A stretch of DNA of 64,000 nt from Caulobacteraceae bacterium (GCA_036494815.1 DASXNV010000030.1:44858-108857), one strand, 5' to 3'. Counted from the first letter of the stretch, positions 1 through 12,120 are shown. Notes: generated by a model not told the origin, from the sequence alone. Numbers and translations are program-made.

Positions 1-430
1 TCCCGACACCACCAATCTGAAGGACCAGCTGAACGCCTTCCTCAAGCGCCGCAACCACTTCGCCCTGGTGGTGGACGAATACGGCGCCCTGCAGGGCCTG
101 GTGACCCTGGAGGACATTCTCGAGGAGATCGTCGGCGAAATCGAGGACGAGCACGACGTGGCCGCCGAGGGTGTGCGCCGCCAGCCCGACGGCTCGGTGA
201 TCGTTGATGGCCCGGTGCCGGTGCGCGACCTGAACCGGGTGATGGACTGGGACCTGCCCGACGATCAGGCCGTGACCATAGCCGGTCTCGTCATCCACGA
301 AGCCCAGACCATTCCCCTGCCCGGCCAGACCTTCATCTTCCACCGCCACCGCTTCCAGGTGCTGCGGCGGCAGAGAAATCAGATCACCGCCTTGAGGGTC
401 AGCCCGCCGATCGAGGTGGTCGAGGATTGA
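1..430 (+). CDS. HlyC/CorC family transporter, C-terminal part (CBS pair + CorC_HlyC domain); 5' end lies outside the window
   Basis: The frame is open from the window edge ([52 protein letters not shown]...). The ALVVDEYG...G(L/I)VT.EDI.EEIVGEI.DE motif is the classic TlyC/CorC signature. Confidence 0.85.
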   Translation, partial: PDTTNLKDQLNAFLKRRNHFALVVDEYGALQGLVTLEDILEEIVGEIEDEHDVAAEGVRRQPDGSVIVDGPVPVRDLNRVMDWDLPDDQAVTIAGLVIHEAQTIPLPGQTFIFHRHRFQVLRRQRNQITALRVSPPIEVVED

Positions 431-439
431 ACGCGCCCG

Positions 440-715
440 CTATCCCGCCTCCCCCGGCGCCAAGGCCTTGACCGACAGGGCGTGAACCGGGCCGGCCAGC
501 TCCTCTTTCAACGCCGCATACACCGCGCGCTGGCGCTGCACAGGGCCCTGCCCCTCGAAAACCGCCGCCTGGATCACTACGTTGAAGTGGCTCTCGCCGC
601 CGGGGTGAGCGCCGGCGTGGCCGTGATGGCGGGCGCTGTCGTCCTCGATTTCCAGGCGCTCGGGCGAAAAAGCCCGCGATAGCTTGTCGCGGATGGTATC
701 TGTGACGGCGCCCAT
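440..715 (-). CDS. BolA family protein
   Basis: I chose the internal ATG at 715 (MGAVTDTIRDKL...). The sequence ...DDSARHHGHAGA..ESHFNVVIQAAVFEGQGPVQRQRAVYAAL... matches the BolA fold motif. The longer track ORF would overlap the divergent gene. Confidence 0.85.
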   Translation of the reverse strand: MGAVTDTIRDKLSRAFSPERLEIEDDSARHHGHAGAHPGGESHFNVVIQAAVFEGQGPVQRQRAVYAALKEELAGPVHALSVKALAPGEAG

Positions 716-785
716 GGCGTTCGTGCTCCGTAAATCGTTACTGTCAATTCTTGAATGAAAGTTCTTCACCAGCATACTCGGGTTC

Positions 786-1427
786 ATGAGCGGCGCATTT
801 CAATACCGACCCAAATTCGTCGACATCCGCATCCGCCCTCCCAAGCCTGAGGAGGAAGCGGCCAAGCTCGATGTCAACGCCCTGAAGCCGGGCGAGAAGC
901 CCTGCGACCATCCGGGTTGCCGGCTGGCCGGCGCCACCAAGGCGCCCAAGTCGCGGGAGATGATGAACGAGCACTATTGGTTCTGCGTCGCCCACGCCGC
1001 GGAATATAATCGTCACTGGGATTTCTTCGCCGGCATGAGCGAGGCCCAGATCCGCGCCCAGCAATCCAAGTCCGCCGGCGGCGACCGGCCCACCTGGGCT
1101 TTCGGCGCCTCGCGCAATTCCCGCGAGGCCGCCAGCGCCCGCGCCGCCGCCCATCGCGAATTCACCGACCCCCTGGGCGTGTTCGCCGCCGCCCGCCGCA
1201 AGGCCGAAGAAGCCGCGGTCGTGCGCAAGCTGGGCAAGATCGAACGCAACGCCCTGGCCGACCTGGACCTGGACGCCACGGCCACCGCCGAGGCCATCCG
1301 CGTGCGCTATATCGAAATGGTCAAGCGCTGCCACCCAGACACCAATGGCGGCGACCGCTCGGCCGAGCACAAGCTGACGCGGGTGATCAAGGCCTATGCG
1401 ACCTTGCGTAAAGCCAAACTGGCGTAA
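786..1427 (+). CDS. J-domain (DnaJ-like) protein with an N-terminal Cys/His-containing region
   Basis: The C-terminal J domain carries an HPD motif (YIEMVKRCHPDTNGGDRSAEHKLTRVIKAYATL). The N-terminal CDHPGC...HYWFCVAHAAEYN is typical of the alphaproteobacterial gene next to cobS. Confidence 0.85.
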   Translation: MSGAFQYRPKFVDIRIRPPKPEEEAAKLDVNALKPGEKPCDHPGCRLAGATKAPKSREMMNEHYWFCVAHAAEYNRHWDFFAGMSEAQIRAQQSKSAGGDRPTWAFGASRNSREAASARAAAHREFTDPLGVFAAARRKAEEAAVVRKLGKIERNALADLDLDATATAEAIRVRYIEMVKRCHPDTNGGDRSAEHKLTRVIKAYATLRKAKLA

Positions 1428-1504
1428 CTTTTCCGGCCCTCCAAAGCGATTTGAACGCATCACACCGGTTTGCAAGCGGCCTCTAAACGGCTAATCGGTG
1501 GGGT

Positions 1505-2503
1505 ATGTCCAGCCTGAACGAACCTGATCCCCTGATCACCGCCACGCCCGACAAGATGGTTTCGGTGCGTGACGCCTTTGGCGTCGATTCCGATATGAAG
1601 GTTCCGGCCTTCTCGACCCGCGACAGCCACGTGCCCGATTTCGACGCGGCCTATAAATTCGACCCGCAGACCACCTTGGCCATCTGCGCCGGCCTGGCCT
1701 ACGACCGCCGTGTGATGATCCAGGGCTATCACGGCACCGGCAAGTCGACCCACATCGAACAGGTCGCCGCCCGCCTGAACTGGCCGCTGGTGCGGGTCAA
1801 TCTGGACAGCCACGTCTCCCGGATCGACCTTGTGGGCAAGGACGCCATCGTCCTGAAGGAAGGCAAGCAGGTCACCGAGTTTCGCGAAGGCATCCTGCCC
1901 TGGACCCTGCAGCGGCCCATCGCCCTGGTGTTCGACGAATACGACGCCGGCCGTCCGGACGTGATGTTCGTGATCCAGCGGGTGCTGGAAGCCGGCGGCA
2001 AGCTGACCCTGCTTGACCAGAACCGGGTCATCCGGGCCAATCCCTATTTCCGGCTGTTCTCCACCACCAACACCATCGGCCTGGGCGACACCACCGGCCT
2101 GTATCACGGCACCCAGCAGATCAATCAGGGCCAGATGGACCGCTGGTCGATCGTCACCACCCTGAACTATCTGGCCCACGACGTGGAGGGCGAGATCGTG
2201 CTGGCCAAGAACCCCGGCTATGACAATCCCGAGGGCAAGCGCAAGATCGCCGCCATGGTCCGGGTGGCCGACATGACCCGCAACGCCTTCATGAACGGCG
2301 ACATCTCCACCGTCATGAGCCCGCGCACGGTGATCACCTGGGCCCAGAACGCCGACATCTTCGCCGGCGACATCGCCCTGGCCTTCCGCCTGACCTTCCT
2401 GAACAAATGCGACGAGCTTGAACGCCCCACCGTGGCCGAGTTCTTCCAGCGTTCGTTCGGCGCGGACCTGCCGGAAGCGGCGACGCGGGTGAAGGTGGCC
2501 TAG
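1505..2503 (+). CDS. cobS: CobS-type MoxR-like AAA+ ATPase (annotated as cobaltochelatase subunit CobS)
   Basis: Walker [10 protein letters not shown] and Walker B ALVFDEYD are present. The length (332 aa) and overall pattern match CobS. Confidence 0.9.
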   Translation: MSSLNEPDPLITATPDKMVSVRDAFGVDSDMKVPAFSTRDSHVPDFDAAYKFDPQTTLAICAGLAYDRRVMIQGYHGTGKSTHIEQVAARLNWPLVRVNLDSHVSRIDLVGKDAIVLKEGKQVTEFREGILPWTLQRPIALVFDEYDAGRPDVMFVIQRVLEAGGKLTLLDQNRVIRANPYFRLFSTTNTIGLGDTTGLYHGTQQINQGQMDRWSIVTTLNYLAHDVEGEIVLAKNPGYDNPEGKRKIAAMVRVADMTRNAFMNGDISTVMSPRTVITWAQNADIFAGDIALAFRLTFLNKCDELERPTVAEFFQRSFGADLPEAATRVKVA

Positions 2504-2509
2504 CGGAAA

Positions 2510-2869
2510 CTACCGGGCGCGCTTTGCATCGTCCGCCAGGAACACCGATCCCACGCACCCGGTGATCCAGACGATGATCGAGGTCAAGATGGCGGTCATC
2601 AGGCCGTGCACCTGAAAACCGTGCAGCAGGTGTCCGACCAGCAGGACCATCAGGCCATTGATGACCAGCAGGAACAGACCCAGCGTGATCAGGGTGATCG
2701 GCAGGGTCAGGATGATCAGGATCGGCCGCACGATAGCGTTGGCCAGGCCCAGCAGCACCGCGGCGGCCAGGAGGCTGACCACTGAGCGCACCTCGATCCC
2801 CGACAGCAGCAGCGACGCGACCCACAGCCCCAGGGCCGAAATCAGGGCGCGAAGGATGAATCTGACCAT
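2510..2869 (-). CDS. DUF360 / phage-holin-family-4-like small membrane protein
   Basis: Start taken at the internal ATG (MVRFILRALISALGLWVAS...). It has 3-4 hydrophobic helices and the ..LANAIVRPILIILTLPITLITLGLFLLVINGLM.. motif typical of the YvlD/DUF360 family. Confidence 0.75.
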   Translation of the reverse strand: MVRFILRALISALGLWVASLLLSGIEVRSVVSLLAAAVLLGLANAIVRPILIILTLPITLITLGLFLLVINGLMVLLVGHLLHGFQVHGLMTAILTSIIVWITGCVGSVFLADDAKRAR

Positions 2870-3016
2870 GGGCGACTCCCAAAACGCTCTTGAGGCGGCG
2901 CGACCGAGCCTAGCCCAAGCTTGACCTTTTCCAAAATCGGGGGCGCCGCCCATACTGGACGTTCGAAATCTGAACGGGCATGGTCTCCGCAACAACAAAA
3001 AATCTGGGAGGATCCT

Positions 3017-4231
3017 ATGTCCAGGCGACTATCTTTGATCATCGCATTCGGCGCGCTGTTGGCCGCGAGCGGCGCCGAGGCGCAGACCGCTGCGCCTGCC
3101 CCAGCTGCGCCCGGCCCAGCCGCGCCGGCCGCCGCCCCGGCCCCGCCGCCCAACGACTATACCGACGCCAAGACCTGGCTTTGCCGCCCCGGCCGCCACG
3201 ACGCCTGCACGACGAACCAGGACGCCACCATCGTCCGCGCTGACGGAAGCACGTCGGTTGAAGCCTTCAAGGCCGCCGCTGAAGCCCCAGTCGACTGCTT
3301 CTATGTCTATCCCACCGTGTCCAGGGACCCGCACGGCAACGCCGCCATGGTCGAGACCGCGGCCGAGACCGGTGTCGTGGACCAGCAGTTCGCGCGCTTT
3401 GGATCCAAGTGCCGGCTCTACGCCCCGCTCTATCGGCAGGTCACCCTGACCGCCCTGCAGGGCCTGATGACCGGCAAGCCGATCCCGGCCGACCGGGCCC
3501 TGGCCTATCGCGACGTGGTCGACGCCTGGAACGCGTACCTGACCCACGACAACCACGGCCGCGGCGTGGTGCTGATCGGCCATAGCCAGGGCTCTGGCGT
3601 GCTGACCCAGCTGATCAAGAACGAGATCGACGGCAAACCGGTGCACAAGCAGATCATCTCGGCGATCCTGATGGGCACAAGCCTGCCCGTGCCCAAGGGC
3701 TTGGATGTGGGCGGCGCCTTCAAAACCTTCCCCCTGTGCCACGCGGCCAGCCAAACTGGCTGCGCCATCGCCTTCGCCTCGTTCCGCGCCGAAGCGCCGC
3801 CGCCGGCCAATAGCCGCTTTGGCAAGGCCCCGGCGGGAATGCAGGCGGCCTGCGTCAATCCCGCGGCCCTTGGCGGCGGCTCCGGTCCGCTCAGGGCCTA
3901 TATGGCCGCCACGGGTGACGCCTTTGGCGCGTCCGAACCCATCCCACCCTGGACCAGCACCGGGACCAAGGTCGACACGCCCTTTGTGACGCCACCGGGC
4001 ATGCTGACCGCCGAGTGCGTCGACAACGAGCACGGCTCGTACCTGGCGATCACCGTCCACGCTCAGCCGAGCGACGCGCGGGTCCACCAGATCGTCGGCG
4101 ACGTGGTGGTGGGTGGTCAGATCTTGCCCGACTGGGGCCTGCATCTGATCGACGCCAATCTGAATATGGGAAACCTAGTCGAAATCGTCGGCGCCGAGAG
4201 CAAGGCCTATTTGGCCAAGGCGTCGAACTAG
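3017..4231 (+). CDS. Secreted DUF3089-type alpha/beta hydrolase (lipase-like GHSQG nucleophile elbow)
   Basis: ATG at 3017 is preceded by GGGAGG. Signal peptide MSRRLSLIIAFGALLAASGAEAQ. Motifs seen: CFYVYPT, YAPLYRQ, VVLIGHSQGSGVL. Confidence 0.8.
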   Translation: MSRRLSLIIAFGALLAASGAEAQTAAPAPAAPGPAAPAAAPAPPPNDYTDAKTWLCRPGRHDACTTNQDATIVRADGSTSVEAFKAAAEAPVDCFYVYPTVSRDPHGNAAMVETAAETGVVDQQFARFGSKCRLYAPLYRQVTLTALQGLMTGKPIPADRALAYRDVVDAWNAYLTHDNHGRGVVLIGHSQGSGVLTQLIKNEIDGKPVHKQIISAILMGTSLPVPKGLDVGGAFKTFPLCHAASQTGCAIAFASFRAEAPPPANSRFGKAPAGMQAACVNPAALGGGSGPLRAYMAATGDAFGASEPIPPWTSTGTKVDTPFVTPPGMLTAECVDNEHGSYLAITVHAQPSDARVHQIVGDVVVGGQILPDWGLHLIDANLNMGNLVEIVGAESKAYLAKASN

Positions 4232-4244
4232 ACAGCCGCCCAGC

Positions 4245-4280
4245 CATCGGCGCGTCGTGTTGGGTCACGACGCGCCGATG
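4245..4280 (+). terminator. Perfect 15-bp stem hairpin (catcggcgcgtcgtg / cacgacgcgccgatg, 6-nt loop) downstream of the DUF3089 gene
   Basis: Read directly from the sequence. It lies 14 nt after the stop codon. There is no clear U-tract, so its role as an intrinsic terminator is uncertain. Confidence 0.45.
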
Positions 4281-4349
4281 ATTGAGTCCAGCCCAGACCT
4301 GCAGTTGCGGCTTTCGCGCCGGCCCTCGGGCGCGCTATGACGAAGAGCC

Positions 4350-6302
4350 ATGTCGAACAAGTCCGAGAGCCCCACCGACACCTTCAAGCGCGCCCTGGCC
4401 CAGGCCACGCGCTCCCTGGCCGAGTCCGCCGATCTGGAGGTCACCTTTTCCGGCGACGGGCCGCAGCTGAGCGGCCACCACGCCATCCTGCCCCATCCGC
4501 CGCGCGACCTGTCGGGCAAGGAGACCACCCGCATCCGCGGCCTGGCCGACCAGATGGCCCTGCGGCTGGCGCACCATGACGCCGCCGCCCACGCCCGCCT
4601 GTCGCCGCACTCGCCGCAGAGCCGGGCGATCTTCGAGGCCGTGGAGCAGGCGCGCATCGAGGCCATTGGCGCCAACGCCCTGGGCGGCGTGCGCGTCAAC
4701 CTGACCGCGGTGCTGGAACAGGCGGTGGAACGCAAAGGCCTGGCCCGGTACGACGAGCTGGCGCCGCCGCCCCTGGCCGATATCGTCAGCCTGATGGTGC
4801 GCGAGCGCCTGACCGGTGACGCGCCGCCCGACGCCGCCAAGCTGCTGGTGGATCGCCACCGCGCCGAGATCGAGGCCAAGGCCGGCGAGGATCTCAATCG
4901 CCTGATGAACTCGATGGACGACCAGGCCGCCTTCGCCCGGGTGGCCCGCGCCATCATCAAGGATCTCGATCTGGGCGAAGATCTGGGCGACGAGTCCCAG
5001 GACAGCGAGGACGGCGAGAGCGACCCGTCCGAAGCGCCCCAGGACGTCAATGACGACGCCAGCGAAGGCGAGGACCAGGAAGGCGAAGGCGCCCAGCCCG
5101 ATCCTTCCCAGACCTCCGAGCAGGACACCGAGGGCGCCGACGACCAGCGCGTGGAGGTGGACGAGGACGCCGAGGCCGAGGACAGCGAAGACTCCCCGGA
5201 AATGGGTGAGGGCGAGCAGCCCGCCCGTCCCGAGGCCAAGGATCCCGGCCTGAAGGAGCCGCCCTACAAGGTGTTCACCGCTGGACACGACGAGGTGGTC
5301 GACGCCGAGGAACTGTGCGAACCGGAAGAGCTGAACCGCCTGCGCGCCTATCTGGACCAGCAGCTGGCCAATCTGCACAACGTGGTCTCGCGCCTGGCCA
5401 ACCGGCTGCAACGGCGGCTAATGGCGCAGCAGAACCGTTCTTGGAGTTTCGACCTGGAGGAGGGCCTGCTGGACGTGGCGCGCCTGACCCGGGTGATCGT
5501 CGATCCCACTGCGCCCCTGTCGTTCAAGCAGGAGCAGGACACCGAGTTCCGCGACACCGTCGTCAGCCTGCTGATCGACAATTCCGGCTCCATGCGCGGG
5601 CGGCCGATCATGGTGGCGGCGGTCTGCGCCGACATCCTGGCCCGCACGCTTGAGCGCTGCGGGGTCAAGGTGGAGATCCTGGGCTTCACCACCCGGGCCT
5701 GGAAGGGCGGCCAGTCGCGCGAGGACTGGCTAAAGGCCGGCAAGCCCGCCGCCCCCGGCCGGCTGAACGACCTGCGACACATCGTCTACAAGTCCGCCGA
5801 CGCGCCGTGGCGCCGCGCCCGCCGCAATCTGGGCCTGATGATGCGCGAGGGCCTGCTGAAGGAGAATATCGACGGCGAGGCCCTGATCTGGGCGCACCAC
5901 CGCCTGATCGGCCGCACCGAGCAGCGGCGGATCCTGATGGTCATCTCCGACGGGGCGCCGGTGGACGATTCGACCCTGTCGGTGAACTCCGGCCACTATC
6001 TGGAGCGCCATCTGCGCACCGTGATCACCGAAATCGAGACCCATTCTCCAGTCGAGCTGATCGCCATCGGCATCGGCCATGATGTGCGCCGCTATTACCG
6101 CCGCGCCGTGACCATCGTCGATGTGGAGCAGCTGGGCGGGGTGATCACCGAGCAACTGGCCGAACTGTTCGACGAGGAGCCCCGCGCTTCCAAGGGTCGG
6201 GTGTCCGCTGTCCTGCAGGCCCCGCCCGCGGTGCAAGGCCCCAGTCCCGTGTCCGCCGGACGCCGCGGCGCCGTGCGAGAGATCGCCGAGGCGTTGCGCT
6301 AG
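4350..6302 (+). CDS. cobT: CobT-type protein (acidic linker + C-terminal von Willebrand A domain; annotated as cobaltochelatase subunit CobT)
   Basis: There is a long D/E-rich segment ([18 protein letters not shown]...). The vWA/MIDAS region is [13 protein letters not shown]...[11 protein letters not shown]. The 650 aa length is typical of CobT. Confidence 0.9.
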   Translation: MSNKSESPTDTFKRALAQATRSLAESADLEVTFSGDGPQLSGHHAILPHPPRDLSGKETTRIRGLADQMALRLAHHDAAAHARLSPHSPQSRAIFEAVEQARIEAIGANALGGVRVNLTAVLEQAVERKGLARYDELAPPPLADIVSLMVRERLTGDAPPDAAKLLVDRHRAEIEAKAGEDLNRLMNSMDDQAAFARVARAIIKDLDLGEDLGDESQDSEDGESDPSEAPQDVNDDASEGEDQEGEGAQPDPSQTSEQDTEGADDQRVEVDEDAEAEDSEDSPEMGEGEQPARPEAKDPGLKEPPYKVFTAGHDEVVDAEELCEPEELNRLRAYLDQQLANLHNVVSRLANRLQRRLMAQQNRSWSFDLEEGLLDVARLTRVIVDPTAPLSFKQEQDTEFRDTVVSLLIDNSGSMRGRPIMVAAVCADILARTLERCGVKVEILGFTTRAWKGGQSREDWLKAGKPAAPGRLNDLRHIVYKSADAPWRRARRNLGLMMREGLLKENIDGEALIWAHHRLIGRTEQRRILMVISDGAPVDDSTLSVNSGHYLERHLRTVITEIETHSPVELIAIGIGHDVRRYYRRAVTIVDVEQLGGVITEQLAELFDEEPRASKGRVSAVLQAPPAVQGPSPVSAGRRGAVREIAEALR

Positions 6303-6318
6303 GCGCGGAGCCTGAATG

Positions 6319-6347
6319 AAAAAGGCCGGCGTCACCGCCGGCCTTTT
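6319..6347. terminator. Bidirectional rho-independent terminator between cobT (+) and rpmB (-)
   Basis: AAAAA-GGCCGGCG-tcac-CGCCGGCC-TTTT: an 8-bp GC stem flanked by an A-run and a T-run. Confidence 0.7.
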
Positions 6348-6369
6348 GCAGTCTTGGTTTTGAGGGCGT

Positions 6370-6666
6370 TTAGGCCGCGGGTTGCGCCGCCAGCTTGGCC
6401 TTCAACTGGCGCTTGATTTTCTGGGCGCGGGCCGACAGCACGTCGTCGCTGGCCTTGACCAGATAGGCGTCCAGGCCGCCCTTATAGTCGAGGGTGCGCA
6501 GGGCGGCGTTGCTGATCTTCAGGTTAAAGGCCTGACCCAGGGCGTCCGACTGCAGCCGGATCGCCTTGAGCGCCGGCAGAAAGCGGCGCTTGGTCTTGAT
6601 GTTCGAGTGGCTCACATTGTGGCCGACCATCGGGCCGACACCCGTGAGTTCGCAACGACGCGACAT
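6370..6666 (-). CDS. rpmB: 50S ribosomal protein L28
   Basis: MSRRCELTGVGPMVGHNVSHSNIKTKRRFLPAL... is the canonical L28 N-terminus. Start taken at the internal ATG at 6666. Confidence 0.9.
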   Translation of the reverse strand: MSRRCELTGVGPMVGHNVSHSNIKTKRRFLPALKAIRLQSDALGQAFNLKISNAALRTLDYKGGLDAYLVKASDDVLSARAQKIKRQLKAKLAAQPAA

Positions 6667-6871
6667 CTGACGAAACCTTCGCAAAACGATTCTGCCGCGG
6701 AAGGCATGGCCGACCGCGAGGGAGCGGGCGGTATAGTCGAAGGGAACTTGCGGCGTCAAGCGCGCGCTTGACCAATCGACAGGCTAGTCTGTCGCAACCT
6801 GGCCCTTCGCGCCACATCACCGCCACCATTGGCCTTAAGAAACGACGCGCAGCCCGCGCCTGGAGAGCTCA

Positions 6872-7681
6872 ATGCCGATAAAGTCCGCCCTGATCGCCGC
6901 GACAGCCCTGTTGCTGGCCGCCCCGGTCCAGGCCCAGAGCGCCCGGGAGCCCTTGCGGCTGTCGCTCGGCTATGACGGGCGGTTGTCGGTGATCAAGGTG
7001 CTGGAGATGCAGTTCGACCAGCGCGTTGGCCCCACCGGCTTCAGTGCAGGCGCCCGGCTGCGCAGCTACGGGATCCTGGCGGCTTTCAAACATTTCGACA
7101 TACGGGCCAACGCCATGGGCCGGATCGCCGCCGAAGAGGTTCAGGCGGATCAGTTCGGCTATATCAATGAAGACGGCAAGCGCCGGCGGCAGGTCCAGGT
7201 GAACTGGCGACCGGACGATGTGGTCGCCACCTCCCAGCCCGCCTTCGGCAATCTTGGCGACCCGCCGGCCAGCCGCGAGCAGCGCCTCGCGGCCGCCGAC
7301 CCGTTGACCCAGCTGATGCGCATCACCCTGGCGGCGGCGATCAAGCCCTGTGAAGGCGCCCCGCGCCTGTTCGATGGCAAGCAGCTCTATGAACTGGCCT
7401 TCAGCGGCGCCCGCGCCGACTCGCCTGGTGACGACCTGCGCGCCCTGGGCGTGACCCATCTGGTGCGCTGCAGCGTGCGCTACAATGAAATCGCTGGATT
7501 TAAAAAGAAGCCGCCGTCCAAGCGCAACGGCGGCCTGAAGGGCCCGATCAGCGTGGCCTTTGGCCAGATGGGTCAGGATGGTCCCTGGGTGCTGGCGGAC
7601 GTCCGGGCCGATACGCCCATCGGCCCCGCCGATATCGCCCTGCGCCGCGTCCAGGTCGTCCATGGCCAAGGCCAAGGCTGA
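6872..7681 (+). CDS. Secreted hypothetical protein (DUF3108-like)
   Basis: GGAGAG RBS upstream. Signal peptide MPIKSALIAATALLLAAPVQAQ. High GC3. The family name is from memory of the gene usually found next to rpmB in alphaproteobacteria. Confidence 0.7.
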   Translation: MPIKSALIAATALLLAAPVQAQSAREPLRLSLGYDGRLSVIKVLEMQFDQRVGPTGFSAGARLRSYGILAAFKHFDIRANAMGRIAAEEVQADQFGYINEDGKRRRQVQVNWRPDDVVATSQPAFGNLGDPPASREQRLAAADPLTQLMRITLAAAIKPCEGAPRLFDGKQLYELAFSGARADSPGDDLRALGVTHLVRCSVRYNEIAGFKKKPPSKRNGGLKGPISVAFGQMGQDGPWVLADVRADTPIGPADIALRRVQVVHGQGQG

Positions 7682-7708
7682 TTTGCATTTGTGGTTAACG
7701 CAAATCAG
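7678..7708 (+). other. A/T-rich hairpin (ctgatttgc / gcaaatcag, 13-nt loop) overlapping the stop codon of the preceding gene
   Basis: Perfect 9-bp inverted repeat read from the sequence. No U-tract follows. Confidence 0.35.
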
Positions 7709-7737
7709 TGCACAATATCTGGTATGGAACAAAGGCT

Positions 7738-7771
7738 GAATCGGCGGATGTCGCTGATTCGGTCATGATTC
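7738..7771. promoter_or_regulatory. Cluster of three GANTC (CcrM-type methylation) motifs upstream of the helicase gene
   Basis: GAATC at 7738, GATTC at 7756 and GATTC at 7767, all within 34 bp of an A/T-richer intergenic region. Confidence 0.3.
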
Positions 7772-7916
7772 GTTTCGCGGCCGTTCAGGGCGATCAAGCG
7801 CCGCCGTTAATCCCTGAAATGAACGACCTGGACTGAGCCGCCCGTCGCCGCGGCCTGATCGGCGAAATCCTTCAGTCGCGCTTGCCCGACTCGCTCCGCA
7901 TCCCCAATTTGCAGTC

Positions 7917-10471
<2,555 letters not shown>

Positions 10472-10475
<4 letters not shown>

Positions 10476-10762
10476 GCGGCGAGGAGAGCTGCCGCATCGA
10501 TGTCTGGTTATGGCGGGCGCGGTTCTTCAAGACCCGGACCCTGGCCGCCCACATGGTCGAGGCTGGCCGTATCCGCCTGAGCCGAGGCGGAGTCGAAACC
10601 CGGCTCGACAAGCCCAGCCGGGCGGTCAAGCCGGGCGATGGCCTGGTCTTCGCAGTGGGTGGTCGCCTGTTCGCGGTGCGCGTCGAAGCCCTCGGCGAAC
10701 GTCGCGGTCCGCCCAGCGAAGCGGCCACGCTATATTCGGCCTTGCAGAATCCCTCGCAATAG
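10472..10762 (+). CDS. S4-domain RNA-binding protein (Hsp15/HslR-like)
   Basis: ATGA overlap with the helicase stop codon. RIDVWLWRARFFKTRTLAAHMVEAGRIRLSR is the S4/Hsp15 signature. Confidence 0.85.
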
Positions 10763-10842
10763 GCCCAGAAGACCCGCATTGACATCGAGGCTGCGGCCCG
10801 CAAAAAGGCGCCGGCGCCTACGCTCCCCCATATGAGTTATCG

Positions 10843-11184
10843 ATGACCTACATTGTCACTGACGCCTGCATCAAATGTAAGTTCATGGACTGCGTGGAGG
10901 TCTGCCCGGTCGACTGCTTCTATGAGGGCGAGAACTTCCTGGTGATCAGCCCCGACGAGTGCATCGACTGCGGGGTGTGCGAACCCGAATGCCCGGTTGA
11001 CGCCATCAAGCCGGACACCGAGGACGACGCCGACGGCAAGTGGCTGAAGCTGAACGCCGACTACGCCAAGGTCTGGCCGAACATCACCATCAAGGGCGAA
11101 CCGCCGGCTGACGCGGCCGATTGGGAACGCGAAACCGGCAAGCTCGAGAAATATTTCAGCGACAAGCCCGGCAAGGGCTCGTAA
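10843..11184 (+). CDS. fdxA: 7Fe ferredoxin FdxA
   Basis: [29 protein letters not shown]...[16 protein letters not shown] shows the [3Fe-4S][4Fe-4S] cysteine pattern. Confidence 0.9.
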   Translation: MTYIVTDACIKCKFMDCVEVCPVDCFYEGENFLVISPDECIDCGVCEPECPVDAIKPDTEDDADGKWLKLNADYAKVWPNITIKGEPPADAADWERETGKLEKYFSDKPGKGS

Positions 11185-11568
11185 GGCCCAACAGGCCCCA
11201 AGAGGCGCAAGGCGCTTGCAGGCTGGGACGACCTAAAGCCCTGATCGGCCACAACTTCTGAAATGGGCGTGTTTCACCCGCGCAACGCGATTTCGTGCGC
11301 CCGTTTGGCGCAACCCTTTCATAGGTCTCATTTTTGTGATATCGTGGCCTTCGACACGTGAATGCAGGAAGCCTTCGCGGGGTCGTTGTTGTTGACAAGC
11401 CGTCCTGACCGACGCGCGCCTGTCCAAAGGCGAAGGGTGCCTTAGGGGAATATTCGCAAGCCGGGTTAGCATCGAACCGCCCTTTCCGCGGATCGGTGTT
11501 TTGTCGCCCGTTGCGAGGCCTCGACGCACCCCTTGCCTCTTAGCGGCGAAGACCTGAGAGGACCTTAA

Positions 11569-12072
11569 ATGAGCAAGATTGATCTCGAATTCACGGTTGG
11601 TGATCACGTGGTCTACCCGGCGCACGGCGTCGGTTCGATCGCTGGGGTCGAAACCCAGGAGGTCGCGGGTCTATCGCTCGAAGTTTACGTCATCACCTTT
11701 GATCATGAAAAAATGACCCTGCGCGTACCGACGCGCAAAGCCAAGACCGCGGGCCTGCGCGCCCTGGCCGGCGGCACCGTGGTCACCCAGGCGCTGACGA
11801 CTCTGAAGGGCCGCGCTCGCGTCAAGCGCACCATGTGGAGCCGCCGCGCCCAGGAATACGAAGCCAAGATCAATTCCGGCGATCTGATCTCGATCGCTGA
11901 GGTGGTCCGCGATCTGCACCGCGCCGACAACCAGCCGGAACAGTCCTATTCCGAGCGCCAGCTCTATGAATCGGCCCTGGACCGCATGGCCCGCGAAGTC
12001 GCCGCCATCGAGCAGATCGACCGCGACGCCGCCATCGGCATCCTCAACAAGTCGCTGCAAAAAGCGGCCTGA
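11569..12072 (+). CDS. carD: CarD/CdnL family RNA-polymerase-binding transcription regulator
   Basis: F.VGDHVVYPAHGVG.I..VE......L.VYVI is the CarD_TRCF domain. GAGAGG RBS upstream. Confidence 0.9.
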   Translation: MSKIDLEFTVGDHVVYPAHGVGSIAGVETQEVAGLSLEVYVITFDHEKMTLRVPTRKAKTAGLRALAGGTVVTQALTTLKGRARVKRTMWSRRAQEYEAKINSGDLISIAEVVRDLHRADNQPEQSYSERQLYESALDRMAREVAAIEQIDRDAAIGILNKSLQKAA

Positions 12073-12120
12073 CGCCCCCTCGCGCCTCCCTCGCGCTCGT
12101 CGCGGGGGAGGGCATGAGGC

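Noticed and set aside
1428-1504. A cobalamin riboswitch upstream of cobS, and another upstream of cobT at 4281-4349.
   Set aside because: Both spacers are under 80 nt, far too short for a B12 riboswitch, and no B12-box-like sequence was seen.
2510-2869. The holin-family gene considered as evidence of a prophage remnant.
   Set aside because: DUF360/holin-4-like proteins are common chromosomal membrane proteins. There is no lysin, capsid, tail, integrase or other phage gene nearby.
3029-4144. A 371-aa minus-strand ORF antisense to the DUF3089 gene. Similar long ORFs occur at 744-1475(-), 4335-5411(-) and 1460-2179(-).
   Set aside because: These are typical high-GC shadow ORFs. They are Gly/Arg/Ala/Pro-rich, have no recognisable motifs, and lie opposite genes with clear family signatures.
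7684-7699. A CtrA box (TTAA-N7-TTAAC) in the A/T-rich hairpin.
   Set aside because: Only the TTAAC half-site is present. The position 11 nt upstream reads TGCA, not TTAA.
10805-10820. The palindrome GGCGCCGGCGCC after the S4-domain gene considered as a terminator.
   Set aside because: It is self-complementary without a loop, so at most a 4-bp stem can form, and there is no U-tract. It is more likely incidental.
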